From positions 1 to 23,617 of the forward strand of contig NZ_LZKR01000138.1 in the NCBI RefSeq assembly GCF_001672915.1: a stretch of 23,617 bases of DNA. Reading direction: 5' to 3'. This document shows positions 1 through 8,746 of this stretch, in pieces. Both the position numbers and the translations under genes were made by a program. Within the stretch, counting starts at the first letter, position 1, and every line of letters starts with the position of its first letter. This stretch comes from Mycobacterium sp. 1245805.9 (lineage in GTDB: Bacteria > Actinomycetota > Actinomycetes > Mycobacteriales > Mycobacteriaceae). Under the pieces are notes generated by a model. The model was not told the origin of the DNA and searched no databases. It saw nothing but the letters and a program-made list of their open reading frames with translations.

Positions 1-1
1 C

Positions 2-508
2 GCCCGCGCCGTCGACGCCCCCGACGCGGTGATCACCGAGGCGGCGGATCAGCTGGAGAAGCTCTCGGCGCTATTGAGCCCCTACGACACCGACGAGTGG
101 GAGTCGCCGTCCGGGCGCCGGATGGACCTGCCCATGCGCGGCAACATCTTGTCCATCCCGATGAAGGCGACCAAGGGTGACGACGGGCGCATCCACGGCT
201 GGGCCCGCTTCGCGCGGTATCACCTGGGGCGCAACGGCGCCGTGCATGGCGGGGCGCTGGGGATGCTGTTCGACAGCGTGCTCGGGCTGACGTCCGCGGT
301 CCTCACCGGCGGCCCGTACCAGCGCACCGCCTACCTCAAGATCGACTACCGCCACATCGTGCCGATCGAGAAGGAATTGCAGTTCGAGGCCGGCGTCGAC
401 CGGGTGGAGGGGCGCAAGATCTTTGTGTCGGGCCGGCTCTGCGACGGCGACACGTTGCTGACCGAGGCCGACGCGCTGTTCGTGCGGCTCAAGCCTGGCC
501 AGCCCTGA
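2..508 (+). CDS. PaaI/hotdog-fold thioesterase-like protein, probably 5'-truncated by the window edge
   Basis: The frame stays open back to nt 2, and the first in-window start is GTG 29. The upstream translation ARAVDAPDAV continues without a stop. 'HGGALGMLFDSVLG' followed by a beta-rich C-terminus is typical of PaaI/4HBT hotdog thioesterases. Stop TGA at 506-508. Confidence 0.65.
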   Translation, partial: ARAVDAPDAVITEAADQLEKLSALLSPYDTDEWESPSGRRMDLPMRGNILSIPMKATKGDDGRIHGWARFARYHLGRNGAVHGGALGMLFDSVLGLTSAVLTGGPYQRTAYLKIDYRHIVPIEKELQFEAGVDRVEGRKIFVSGRLCDGDTLLTEADALFVRLKPGQP

Positions 509-574
509 GCCCACTCGGCCCCGATAGCATGGGCACGACCAATCACCGCACCTTAGCCTTGGAGACCCAACCCG

Positions 575-2641
575 ATGAGCGCCGCCGCACAGCCCACCCC
601 GGCAAACCCGATCCGGGTGCCCGCCGGGACCACCGCGGCCGCCGCGGTCGGTGAGGCCGGGCTGCCCAGGCGCGGCGTGCCCGACGCGATCGTGGTGGTG
701 CGCGACGCCGACGGCAAGCTGCGCGACCTGAGCTGGGTGCCCGACACAGATGCCGACGTCGTTCCCGTCGCGGCCAACACCGACGAGGGCCGCAGCGTGA
801 TCCGGCACTCGGCCGCGCACGTGTTGGCCCAGGCCGTCCAAGACCTGTTCCCGCAAGCCAAATTGGGCATCGGGCCGCCCATCACCGACGGCTTCTACTA
901 CGACTTCGACGTGGCGGAGCCGTTCACGCCGGAGGATCTGGCCAAGCTGGAAAAGCGGATGCGCCAGATCGTCAAGGACGGCCAGCTGTTCGACCGGCGC
1001 GTCTACGACTCCAAAGAGCAGGCGCGCATCGAGCTCGCCGACGAGCCCTACAAGCTCGAACTCGTCGACGACAAGTCCGGCTTTACCGAGAACACGGCCG
1101 AGATCATGGAGGTCGGCGGCGACGAGCTCACCGCGTACGACAACCTCAATCCCCGTACCCGCGAACGTGTTTGGGGTGACCTGTGCCGCGGACCGCACAT
1201 CCCCACCACCAAGCACATCCCCGCGTTCAAGCTGACCAGAAGCTCGGCGGCCTATTGGCGCGGTGATCAGAAGAACGCGAGCCTGCAACGCATCTACGGC
1301 ACCGCGTGGGAGTCGCAGGAGGCGCTCGAGAAGCACCTGGAGCTGATCGAGGAGGCCCAGCGCCGCGACCACCGAAAGCTCGGCGCGGAACTCGACCTGT
1401 TCAGCTTCCCCGACGAAATCGGTTCGGGCCTGGCGGTTTTCCACCCCAAGGGCGGCATCGTGCGCCGCGAGCTCGAGGACTACTCGCGGCGCAAGCACAC
1501 CGAGGCCGGCTACCAGTTCGTCAACACCCCGCACATCACCAAGGCCCAGCTGTTCCACACGTCGGGCCACCTGGACTGGTACGCCGACGGCATGTTCCCG
1601 CCGATGCACATCGACGCCGAGCACAACGAGGACGGGTCGCTGCGCAAACCGGGCCAGGACTACTACCTCAAGCCGATGAACTGCCCGATGCACTGCCTGA
1701 TCTTCCGGGCGCGCGGGCGGTCCTACCGCGAACTCCCGTTGCGGCTCTTCGAGTTCGGCACGGTCTATCGCCTGGAGAAGTCCGGCGTCATCCACGGGCT
1801 GACCCGGGTCCGCGGCCTGACGATGGACGACGCCCACATTTTCTGCAGCCGCGAGCAGATGCGCGACGAGCTGCGCTCTCTGCTGCGCTTCGTGCTCGAC
1901 CTGCTCGGCGACTACGGCCTCACCGACTTCTACCTCGAGCTGTCGACCAAGGACCCGGAGAAATTCGTCGGCTCCGACGAGGTGTGGGAGGAAGCCACCA
2001 ACGTGCTGGCCGAGGTGGGCGCCGAATCCGGCCTGGACCTGGTGCCCGACCCGGGCGGCGCGGCGTTCTACGGCCCCAAGATCTCCGTCCAGGTCAAAGA
2101 CGCGCTGGGCCGCACCTGGCAGATGTCGACCATCCAGCTCGACTTCAACTTCCCGGAGCGTTTCGAGCTGGAATACACCGCCCCGGACGGGTCCCGGCAG
2201 CGCCCGGTGATGATCCACCGCGCGCTCTTCGGGTCGATCGAACGGTTCTTCGGCATCCTGACCGAGCACTACGCGGGCGCGTTCCCGGCGTGGCTGGCGC
2301 CGGTCCAGGTGGTCGGCATCCCGGTCGCCGACGAGCACGTGGAGTACTTGGAAAGCGTTGCCGCGCAGCTGAAGTCGCACGGCGTGCGGGTCGAGGTGGA
2401 CGCCAGCGACGACCGGATGGCCAAGAAGATCGTGCACCACACCAACCAGAAGGTGCCGTTCATGTTGCTGGCCGGTGACCGCGACGTGGCCGCCGGCGCG
2501 GTGAGCTTCCGCTTCGGCGACCGCACGCAGATCAACGGCGTGGACCGCGACAGCGCCGTCGACGCGATCGTGAAGTGGATCGCCGATCGCGAAAACGCCT
2601 CTCCCACGGCCGAACTGGTGAAGGTAACCGGCGGTGAGTGA
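575..2641 (+). CDS. thrS: Threonine--tRNA ligase (ThrRS)
   Basis: 688-aa ORF with class II aaRS motifs ([60 protein letters not shown]). It also has editing/SAD signatures HSAAH and CRGPH, and a C-terminal anticodon-binding domain. ATG 575 is preceded by GGAG at 561-564. Confidence 0.97.
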   Translation: MSAAAQPTPANPIRVPAGTTAAAAVGEAGLPRRGVPDAIVVVRDADGKLRDLSWVPDTDADVVPVAANTDEGRSVIRHSAAHVLAQAVQDLFPQAKLGIGPPITDGFYYDFDVAEPFTPEDLAKLEKRMRQIVKDGQLFDRRVYDSKEQARIELADEPYKLELVDDKSGFTENTAEIMEVGGDELTAYDNLNPRTRERVWGDLCRGPHIPTTKHIPAFKLTRSSAAYWRGDQKNASLQRIYGTAWESQEALEKHLELIEEAQRRDHRKLGAELDLFSFPDEIGSGLAVFHPKGGIVRRELEDYSRRKHTEAGYQFVNTPHITKAQLFHTSGHLDWYADGMFPPMHIDAEHNEDGSLRKPGQDYYLKPMNCPMHCLIFRARGRSYRELPLRLFEFGTVYRLEKSGVIHGLTRVRGLTMDDAHIFCSREQMRDELRSLLRFVLDLLGDYGLTDFYLELSTKDPEKFVGSDEVWEEATNVLAEVGAESGLDLVPDPGGAAFYGPKISVQVKDALGRTWQMSTIQLDFNFPERFELEYTAPDGSRQRPVMIHRALFGSIERFFGILTEHYAGAFPAWLAPVQVVGIPVADEHVEYLESVAAQLKSHGVRVEVDASDDRMAKKIVHHTNQKVPFMLLAGDRDVAAGAVSFRFGDRTQINGVDRDSAVDAIVKWIADRENASPTAELVKVTGGE

Positions 2642-3194
2642 CTCCGAACGCGACGACACCATCCTCGACCGGGGAGTCGGCGAGCAAGACCACCTGCAAC
2701 GGCTGTGGACGCCGTACCGGATGAACTACCTGGCCGAGGCGCCGATGAAGCGCGACAACGGCAAGACCGAGCAGCCATTCACCGACATCCCCCAGCTGTC
2801 CGACGAGGACGGCCTGGTGGTGGCGCGCGGCGAACTCGTCTACGCCGTGCTCAACCTCTACCCCTACAACCCCGGGCACCTGATGGTGGTGCCCTACCGG
2901 CGGGTCTCGGAGCTCGAGGACCTGACCGAGGCGGAGAGCGCGGAGCTGATGGCCTTCACCCAGAAGGCGATTCGCGTCATCAAGAACGTGTCGCGGCCGC
3001 ACGGCTTCAACGTCGGGATGAACCTGGGGACGTCGGCCGGGGGCTCGCTGGCCGAGCACCTGCACGTGCACGTCGTGCCGCGCTGGGGCGGCGACGCCAA
3101 CTTCATCACCATCGTCGGCGGCGCCAAGGTGATCCCGCAGTTGCTGCGCGACACCCGCCAGCTGCTCGCGACGGAGTGGGCCCGAAACCGATGA
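2634..3194 (+). CDS. HIT-family nucleotide hydrolase/phosphorylase (Rv2613c-like Ap4A phosphorylase)
   Basis: 186-aa ORF. GTG 2634 overlaps the thrS stop by 8 nt (GTGAGTGA). The histidine-triad motif HLHVHVVPR starts at nt 3057. Its position matches Rv2613c, immediately upstream of pgsA1. Confidence 0.88.
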   Translation: MSDSERDDTILDRGVGEQDHLQRLWTPYRMNYLAEAPMKRDNGKTEQPFTDIPQLSDEDGLVVARGELVYAVLNLYPYNPGHLMVVPYRRVSELEDLTEAESAELMAFTQKAIRVIKNVSRPHGFNVGMNLGTSAGGSLAEHLHVHVVPRWGGDANFITIVGGAKVIPQLLRDTRQLLATEWARNR

Positions 3195-3243
3195 GTCGCG
3201 GCGGCGACGATGCAGAGCGAAGCGATGCTGAGGAGCGGCGCGC

Positions 3244-3876
3244 ATGAGTAAAGTGCCGTTCCTGTCGCGGGCGGCGTTCGCGCGGCTCACCACCCCGACG
3301 GCACGGGCGTGCCTGAAGGTCGGATTGACGCCCGACGCCGTCACCGTCCTGGGCACCGTCGTCGCGGTCGCCGGTGCGCTGACGCTGTTCCCGACGGGCC
3401 GGCTGTTCGCCGGCACCCTGGTGGTCTGGTTCTTCGTGCTCTTCGACATGCTCGACGGGGCCATGGCCCGGGAACGGGGCGGCGGCACGCGATTCGGCGC
3501 GGTGCTGGACGCGACGTGCGACCGGATCAGCGACGGCGCCGTGTTCTGCGGGCTGCTCTGGTGGGCCGCCTTCGGCCTGCACGACAAGCTGCTTGTGGCG
3601 GCGACCCTGATCTGCCTGGTCACCTCGCAGGTGATCTCGTACATCAAGGCGCGGGCCGAAGCCAGCGGGCTGCGCGGCGACGGCGGCATCATCGAACGTC
3701 CGGAACGGCTGATCATCGTGCTGGTCGGCGCCGGCATCTCCGACTTCCCTTACCTCGCTTGGCCGCCCGCGCTGCCGGTGGCGATGTGGCTGCTGGCGGT
3801 GGCCAGCGTGGTCACCTGCGTGCAGCGCCTGCACACCGTGCGCACGTCCCCCGGCGCGACGGAGCCCATGCCATGA
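3244..3876 (+). CDS. pgsA1: CDP-alcohol phosphatidyltransferase, phosphatidylinositol phosphate synthase
   Basis: 210-aa polytopic protein. The CDP-alcohol transferase signature DMLDGAMARERGGGTRFGAVLDATCDRISD (D-x2-DG-x2-AR-x8-G-x3-D-x3-D) lies at about nt 3445-3534. GAGGAG sits 9 nt upstream of ATG 3244. Confidence 0.93.
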   Translation: MSKVPFLSRAAFARLTTPTARACLKVGLTPDAVTVLGTVVAVAGALTLFPTGRLFAGTLVVWFFVLFDMLDGAMARERGGGTRFGAVLDATCDRISDGAVFCGLLWWAAFGLHDKLLVAATLICLVTSQVISYIKARAEASGLRGDGGIIERPERLIIVLVGAGISDFPYLAWPPALPVAMWLLAVASVVTCVQRLHTVRTSPGATEPMP

Positions 3877-4796
3877 TCCTCGATCTGGGCCGCCTGACCC
3901 GCGGTACGGCCGCCGACTGGGCATACGCCACCGGGTGGATGGCGGTGCGGGCGATGCCGGAGTTCGCCGCCCGCAACGCGTTCGACGCCGGCGCGCGCTA
4001 CGCGGCCCGCCGCGGCGGGCCCGCCCAGCTGCGCAAGAACCTGGCCCGGGTGATCGGCGTGCCGCCCGATCAGGTGCCGGACCAGCTGATGCGGGCGTCG
4101 CTGGCGTCCTACGCCCGGTACTGGCGGGAAGCCTTCCGGCTGCCGACGATGGACCACCGCGAGCTGGCCCGCCGCATCGACGAGACGTTCCGCGGCGCCG
4201 ACCATATCGACGCGGCCCTGGCCGCCGGCCGGGGAGTGGTGCTGGCGCTGCCGCACAGCGGCAACTGGGACATGGCCGGGGTGTGGCTGGCGCAGACGCG
4301 CGGCACCTTCACCACCGTCGCCGAGCGCCTCAAACCCGAATCGCTGTACCGGCGTTTCATCGGCTACCGCGAAAGCCTTGGCTTCGAGGTCATCCCGCTG
4401 TCCGGCGGCGAACGCCCGCCGTTCGAGACGTTATGCGACCGGCTGCGCGCCAACCGGCCGGTGTGCCTGATGGCCGAGCGCGACCTGACCCGCACCGGTG
4501 TGGAAGTGAAGTTCTTCGGGGAGCTCACCCGGATGCCGGCCGGGCCGGCGAAGCTCGCGATCGAAACCGGTGCGGCCCTGTGCCCCGCGCACTGCTGGAA
4601 CGAACGCGACGGCTGGCCTGTCGAGATATCCCCGCCGCTGGACACCTCCAGCGGCGACGTCCAGGCCATCACCCAGGCGCTGGCGGATCAGTTCGCCACG
4701 AACATCGCCGCGCACCCCGAGGACTGGCACATGATGCAGCCGCAGTGGCTGGCGGACCTGTCCGACGCCAAGCAGGCGAGGCTGAGGGAAACCTGA
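3873..4796 (+). CDS. patA: Lysophospholipid/PIM acyltransferase (PatA, Rv2611c-like)
   Basis: ATG 3873 lies in an ATGA overlap with the pgsA1 stop. The product is 307 aa with the HX4D acyltransferase motif HSGNWD at nt 4254-4271. The track start at 3309 is an out-of-frame overlap with pgsA1 and was rejected. Confidence 0.9.
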   Translation: MILDLGRLTRGTAADWAYATGWMAVRAMPEFAARNAFDAGARYAARRGGPAQLRKNLARVIGVPPDQVPDQLMRASLASYARYWREAFRLPTMDHRELARRIDETFRGADHIDAALAAGRGVVLALPHSGNWDMAGVWLAQTRGTFTTVAERLKPESLYRRFIGYRESLGFEVIPLSGGERPPFETLCDRLRANRPVCLMAERDLTRTGVEVKFFGELTRMPAGPAKLAIETGAALCPAHCWNERDGWPVEISPPLDTSSGDVQAITQALADQFATNIAAHPEDWHMMQPQWLADLSDAKQARLRET

Positions 4797-5920
4797 TGCG
4801 AATCGGGATGGTCTGTCCGTATTCGTTCGACGTGCCGGGCGGGGTGCAGTCCCATGTGTTGCAGCTGGCCGAGGTGATGCGCGCCCGCGGGAACGAGGTC
4901 AGCGTGCTGGCACCGGTCTCGCCGCACGCCGCGCTGCCCGACTACGTCGTCTCCGCCGGCAAGGCCGTCCCGATTCCCTACAACGGGTCGGTGGCCCGGC
5001 TGCGGTTCGGCCCGGCCACCCACCGCAAGGTCAAAAAGTGGCTCGTGGAGGGTGATTTCGACGTCCTGCACCTGCACGAGCCCAACGCGCCCAGCCTGTC
5101 GATGCTGGCGCTGAACATTGCCGAGGGCCCGATCGTCGCGACGTTCCACACGTCGACCACCAAATCGCTTACCCTGACGGTCTTTCAGGGCATCCTGCGC
5201 CCGATGCACGAGAAGATCGTCGGCCGGATCGCGGTGTCCGACCTGGCCCGGCGCTGGCAGATGGAGGCACTGGGCACCGACGCGGTGGAGATCCCCAACG
5301 GGGTCGACGTGGAGTCGTTCGCCGCGGCGCCGCGGCTGGACGGATACCCGCGGCCGGGCAAGACCGTGCTGTTCCTGGGCCGCTACGGCGAGCCCCGCAA
5401 GGGCATGACGGTGCTGCTCGAGGCGCTGCCGCGCGTGGTCGAACGTAACCCGGACGTGCAGTTGCTGATCGTCGGTCGCGGCGACGAGGACGAATTGCGC
5501 GAGCAGGCAGGCGAATTGGTGCATCACATCTCGTTCCTGGGCCAGGTGGACGACGCGGGCAAGGCGTCGGCGATGCGCAGCGCCGACGTCTACTGCGCGC
5601 CCAACACGGGCGGGGAGAGCTTCGGCATCGTGCTGGTCGAGGCGATGGCCGCCGGCACGCCGGTGGTGGCCAGCGACCTGGATGCCTTCCGGCGCGTGCT
5701 GTGCGACGGCGACTGCGGGCGGTTGGTGCCCGTCGACGACGGGGCCGCACTGGCCGATGCGCTGATCGAGGTGCTGGCCGACGGCGCGCTGCGCAAACGC
5801 TACGTGGCGGCCGGTTCGAAGGCGGTCCGCCGCTACGACTGGTCGGTGGTGGCCAGCCAGATCATGCGGGTGTACGAGACGGTCGCCGGGTCGGGAACCA
5901 AGGTCCAGGTGGCCAGTTGA
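4796..5920 (+). CDS. pimA: GDP-mannose-dependent phosphatidylinositol alpha-mannosyltransferase (GT4)
   Basis: ATG 4796 shares its A with the patA TGA (TGATG). The product is 374 aa, with N-terminus MRIGMVCPYSFDVPGGVQSHV and the GT-B EX7E motif ESFGIVLVE. The track start at 3935 was rejected. Confidence 0.95.
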   Translation: MRIGMVCPYSFDVPGGVQSHVLQLAEVMRARGNEVSVLAPVSPHAALPDYVVSAGKAVPIPYNGSVARLRFGPATHRKVKKWLVEGDFDVLHLHEPNAPSLSMLALNIAEGPIVATFHTSTTKSLTLTVFQGILRPMHEKIVGRIAVSDLARRWQMEALGTDAVEIPNGVDVESFAAAPRLDGYPRPGKTVLFLGRYGEPRKGMTVLLEALPRVVERNPDVQLLIVGRGDEDELREQAGELVHHISFLGQVDDAGKASAMRSADVYCAPNTGGESFGIVLVEAMAAGTPVVASDLDAFRRVLCDGDCGRLVPVDDGAALADALIEVLADGALRKRYVAAGSKAVRRYDWSVVASQIMRVYETVAGSGTKVQVAS

Positions 5921-6960
5921 TGACGTGGCTCGTCATCGCCGTCGTGGTGTTGGTGGCGCTGGTCGCCTTCGCCGGCTGGGCATACCAGACGGCCCACCGG
6001 CTCGACCGGCTGCACGTCCGCTACGACCTGTCCTGGCAGGCGCTCGATGGCGCGCTGGCCCGACGCGCGGTGGTGGCGCGGGCCGTGGCGATCGACGGGT
6101 ACGGGAGTTCCGCCGAGGGCAGGCGGCTGGCCGCGCTGGCCGACGCCGCGGAACGCGCGCCGCGGCCGGCCCGCGAGAACGCCGAGAACGGGCTGTCGGC
6201 CGCGCTGGCGATGGTCGATCCTGCGTCGCTGCCCGCGGGCCTGATCGCCGAGCTGGCCGACGCCGAGGCCCGCGTGGTGCTGGCCCGCCGCTTCCACAAC
6301 GACGCCGTTCGCGACACCCTGGCGCTGCGCGAGCGGTTCCTGGTGCGCACCCTACGGCTGGGCGGAACCGCCGCGCTGCCAAGCTATTTCGAAATCCTGG
6401 AGCGGCCGCACGCGCTCGCGCACCCCGAGCGCGGCGTGCCCAACCACCGCACGTCGGCGCGGGTGGTGCTGCTCGACGAGTCCGGCGCCGTGCTGCTGTT
6501 GTGCGGGTCGGACCCGGCCAACCCGGCGTTCGGTGACGGGGCCGCGCCCCGGTGGTGGTTCACCGTCGGCGGCGAGGTGGGCAACGGCGAGCGGCTGGTC
6601 GAGGCCGCCGTGCGGGAGCTGGCCGAAGAGACGGGCCTGCGGGTCGAGCCGGCCGACATGATCGGACCCGTCTGGCGGCGCGACGAGGTCTTCGAGTTCA
6701 ACGGCTCGCTGATCGAGAGCGAGGAGTTCTACCTGCTGCACCGCACCCGCCGGTTCGAGCCGTCCCTGGCGGGGCGGACCGAGCTGGAACGCAGCTACAT
6801 TCACGGCGCCCGCTGGTGTGACGCGAACGACATCGCCGAGCTGACCGCGGCCGGCGAGCAGGTGTATCCGCGGCAACTGGGCGAGCTGTTGCCGGTGGCC
6901 AACCGGCTGGCGGACGGCGCCGAAAGCGCCGCGGCCGGCGTGCCTCAGCCCATCGTCTGA
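5920..6960 (+). CDS. Membrane-anchored LemA-like / Nudix hydrolase fusion (Rv2609c-like)
   Basis: ATG 5920 shares its A with the pimA TGA (TGATGA). The product is 346 aa with an N-terminal TM helix (WLVIAVVVLVALVAFAGWAY). LemA-like segments follow (LSWQALDGALARR... and ARRFHNDAVRD). A perfect Nudix box GGEVGNGERLVEAAVRELAEETGL lies at nt 6568-6639. Confidence 0.85.
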   Translation: MTWLVIAVVVLVALVAFAGWAYQTAHRLDRLHVRYDLSWQALDGALARRAVVARAVAIDGYGSSAEGRRLAALADAAERAPRPARENAENGLSAALAMVDPASLPAGLIAELADAEARVVLARRFHNDAVRDTLALRERFLVRTLRLGGTAALPSYFEILERPHALAHPERGVPNHRTSARVVLLDESGAVLLLCGSDPANPAFGDGAAPRWWFTVGGEVGNGERLVEAAVRELAEETGLRVEPADMIGPVWRRDEVFEFNGSLIESEEFYLLHRTRRFEPSLAGRTELERSYIHGARWCDANDIAELTAAGEQVYPRQLGELLPVANRLADGAESAAAGVPQPIV

Positions 6961-6964
6961 GGTC

Positions 6965-8626
6965 TCAAAGCCGCAAACCCACGTCGGCGAGCGCGTCGTG
7001 AACCCCCTGCACCGCCCCCTGCTGCAGCTGGGTGGCCACCGTGGCCGGATCGATCTGCGGGAACAGCCCGAACGGCGTGGGCACGTCCTGGTAGGCGGTG
7101 CGGTCGTAGCCCAGCTCGACGAGCACCCGCAGGTCCGGCTGGACCAGGTCGGCCAGCGGGTTTCCCACCAGGGGGATGGCGCGCAGCGGGTCCAGCAGCG
7201 GCAGGTTCGGATTGGGAATGAGGATGTAGGTGGTCAGGCTGTCCCCCGGCGACACCGGCTGGACCACCCCCGACGCCAGCTGGGCGGTCGTCACGGTGTT
7301 GTAGGCCGGGTGCACGAAAAGGAAGCCGGCGATGGCGTTCGCGTCGGCCAAGATGTCGATCGGGTACTGCGGGAAGTCGGCGGCTCCGTCGTATTGGACG
7401 GCGTAGTCGATGGTGGGGTAGGCGTTGGTGGGGGTCGCACCGTAGAACGTGAAGCCCATGCCCGGTATGGAGAAACCGGGAAGGCGCGCCAGCAGCCCGC
7501 CGTCGGGCCGGTCGGGGTTGGCGATCAGCACGAAGGACAGCTCATCCAGCGCCGGCCGTACGCCCGCCGGCAAGGATTGCAGATAGCGCATTTCGACGGT
7601 GGCGATCACGGCGCTTTGCGAGCCGCCGAAGACGATGACGTGGTTTCCCGCCGCCAGTTGCGTGTTGATCGCCGTGTTCAGGTTCTGCACGCCCTGGGCC
7701 ACCGACTGGTCCAGCGTCAGGCTGTCCAACCCGGTGAACGGGAACAACTTCTCGGGTGTCACCAGGAACTGCGCGTTGTAGTCGGGATGAGTCGGATTGA
7801 TGAAGAGCTCGGAAGCCAGCACGTTGTGCAGCCGGGGCAGCGGGCCGAGGCCGGTGCCGCCCATGATCAGCGCCGTCGGCCCGCCGGCACCCACCTGGTT
7901 CTCGCTGATCAGCAGCACCCCGACGTTGCCGTTGCCCGGGTTGGCGAAGCCGATGTTCCAGTTGCCGGTGTTCCCGATGCCGATGTTCTGATTGCCCGTG
8001 TTCTGGATGCCGAAGTTCGCGTTGCCGAGGTTTCCGACGCCGATGTTGCCGTTGCCGACGTTGTTGATGCCGATGTTGCCGACGCCGACGTTTCCGCTGC
8101 CCAGGTTCTGCGGCAGGCCCTGCCACGGCACCAGTTGCGCGACCGCCGCCGCGGCGCCGGCGTAATAGTCCGCCATCGCGGCCGCGTCCTGGGCCCACAT
8201 CTGTTCGTATTCGGCCTCGGCCGCCGCGATCGCCGGGGCGTTCTGGCCCAGCAGGTTGTATCCCACCAGCGAGAGCAACCGAGTCCGGTTGGCGGCCACC
8301 GCAATTGGGTGCACCGTGGCCGCCAGCGCCGCGTCGAAGGTCTCGGCGGTCAACCGGACCTGGGCGGCGGTCTGCTCGGCCTGAGCCGCCGCCGCGCTCA
8401 GCCACGCCGCGTACGGGCCGGCCGCGCTCGCCATCGCCGCCGCCGCCGGGCCGACCCAGGCCTCGCCCGCCAACTCGGAGGTCACCGACGCGAAGGAGCC
8501 CGCCGCGGCGCGCAGCTCTTCGGCCAGCCCGTCCCAGGCCGCCGCCACCGCCAGCATCGGGCCCTGGCCCGGACCGGCGAACATGCGCGCGGAGTTCAAT
8601 TCCGGCGGCAACACGGCGAAATTCAT
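6965..8626 (-). CDS. PPE family protein with NxGxG (MPTR-like) repeats and a C-terminal PE-PPE (alpha/beta hydrolase-like) domain; PPE42/Rv2608 position
   Basis: ATG at 8626 gives [20 protein letters not shown], the PPE signature at residues 7-9. The product is 553 aa. The GxSxG/S-type motif FGGSQSA lies at residues 333-339 (serine codon about nt 7619-7621). The track ORF extension to 9514 runs antisense to pdxS and was rejected. Confidence 0.92.
   Translation of the reverse strand: MNFAVLPPELNSARMFAGPGQGPMLAVAAAWDGLAEELRAAAGSFASVTSELAGEAWVGPAAAAMASAAGPYAAWLSAAAAQAEQTAAQVRLTAETFDAALAATVHPIAVAANRTRLLSLVGYNLLGQNAPAIAAAEAEYEQMWAQDAAAMADYYAGAAAAVAQLVPWQGLPQNLGSGNVGVGNIGINNVGNGNIGVGNLGNANFGIQNTGNQNIGIGNTGNWNIGFANPGNGNVGVLLISENQVGAGGPTALIMGGTGLGPLPRLHNVLASELFINPTHPDYNAQFLVTPEKLFPFTGLDSLTLDQSVAQGVQNLNTAINTQLAAGNHVIVFGGSQSAVIATVEMRYLQSLPAGVRPALDELSFVLIANPDRPDGGLLARLPGFSIPGMGFTFYGATPTNAYPTIDYAVQYDGAADFPQYPIDILADANAIAGFLFVHPAYNTVTTAQLASGVVQPVSPGDSLTTYILIPNPNLPLLDPLRAIPLVGNPLADLVQPDLRVLVELGYDRTAYQDVPTPFGLFPQIDPATVATQLQQGAVQGVHDALADVGLRL
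7916..8104 (-). repeat. Coding pentapeptide repeat block (NxGxG)n inside the PPE gene
   Basis: Residues ~175-237 read [61 protein letters not shown]. The DNA shows a 15-nt periodicity of gttgcc/gatgcc units. Confidence 0.9.
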
Positions 8627-8703
8627 CGCTACGTTTCTTTCGACTCGGTGATCTGACGATATGACAGGTCCGCCGCCCGAGCTGGAAAAACCGGTTTGTT
8701 GGT

Positions 8704-8719
8704 CACCACTAGACTGGTG
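8704..8719 (+). promoter_or_regulatory. Candidate pdxS -10 element (TAGACT 8710-8715) embedded in the inverted repeat CACCA-N6-TGGTG
   Basis: TAGACT fits the mycobacterial TANNNT -10 and lies 32 nt upstream of GTG 8747. It is flanked by 5-bp inverted arms at 8704-8708 and 8715-8719. It sits in the 120-bp divergent PPE/pdxS spacer. Confidence 0.3.
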
Positions 8720-8746
8720 CAGGCATTGACGGAGCGAAGGAGAGAC

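Noticed and set aside
509-574. Possible T-box or other leader upstream of thrS
   Set aside because: Only 66 nt are available, which is far shorter than a T-box. I saw no specifier or terminator-antiterminator structure, only a possible TAGCAT -10 (525-530) and a GGAG RBS.
71-2662. 863-aa minus-strand ORF spanning the whole thrS locus
   Set aside because: It runs antisense to an unmistakable ThrRS gene. Its translation is low-complexity and Arg/Gly/Ala/Val-rich with no recognisable motif. Stop codons are rare in this G+C-rich DNA, so long antisense ORFs of this kind are expected.
3309-3872. Upstream extension of the patA ORF. The same issue applies to 3935-4795 for pimA, 5701-5919 for the Nudix gene, 11203-11340 for yebC, 11643-12092 for the methyltransferase, and 15170-15466 for the DUF4247-like gene.
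   Set aside because: Each extension overlaps the preceding, well-supported gene out of frame and is Arg/Pro/Ala-rich filler. Starts at the ATGA, GTGA or TGATG coupling junctions give protein lengths matching the known orthologues.
7916-8104. Periodic ~15-nt DNA repeats that could superficially suggest a CRISPR array or VNTR
   Set aside because: The period is far too short for CRISPR and there are no spacers. The repeats are in frame and encode the NxGxG pentapeptide motif of the PPE protein.
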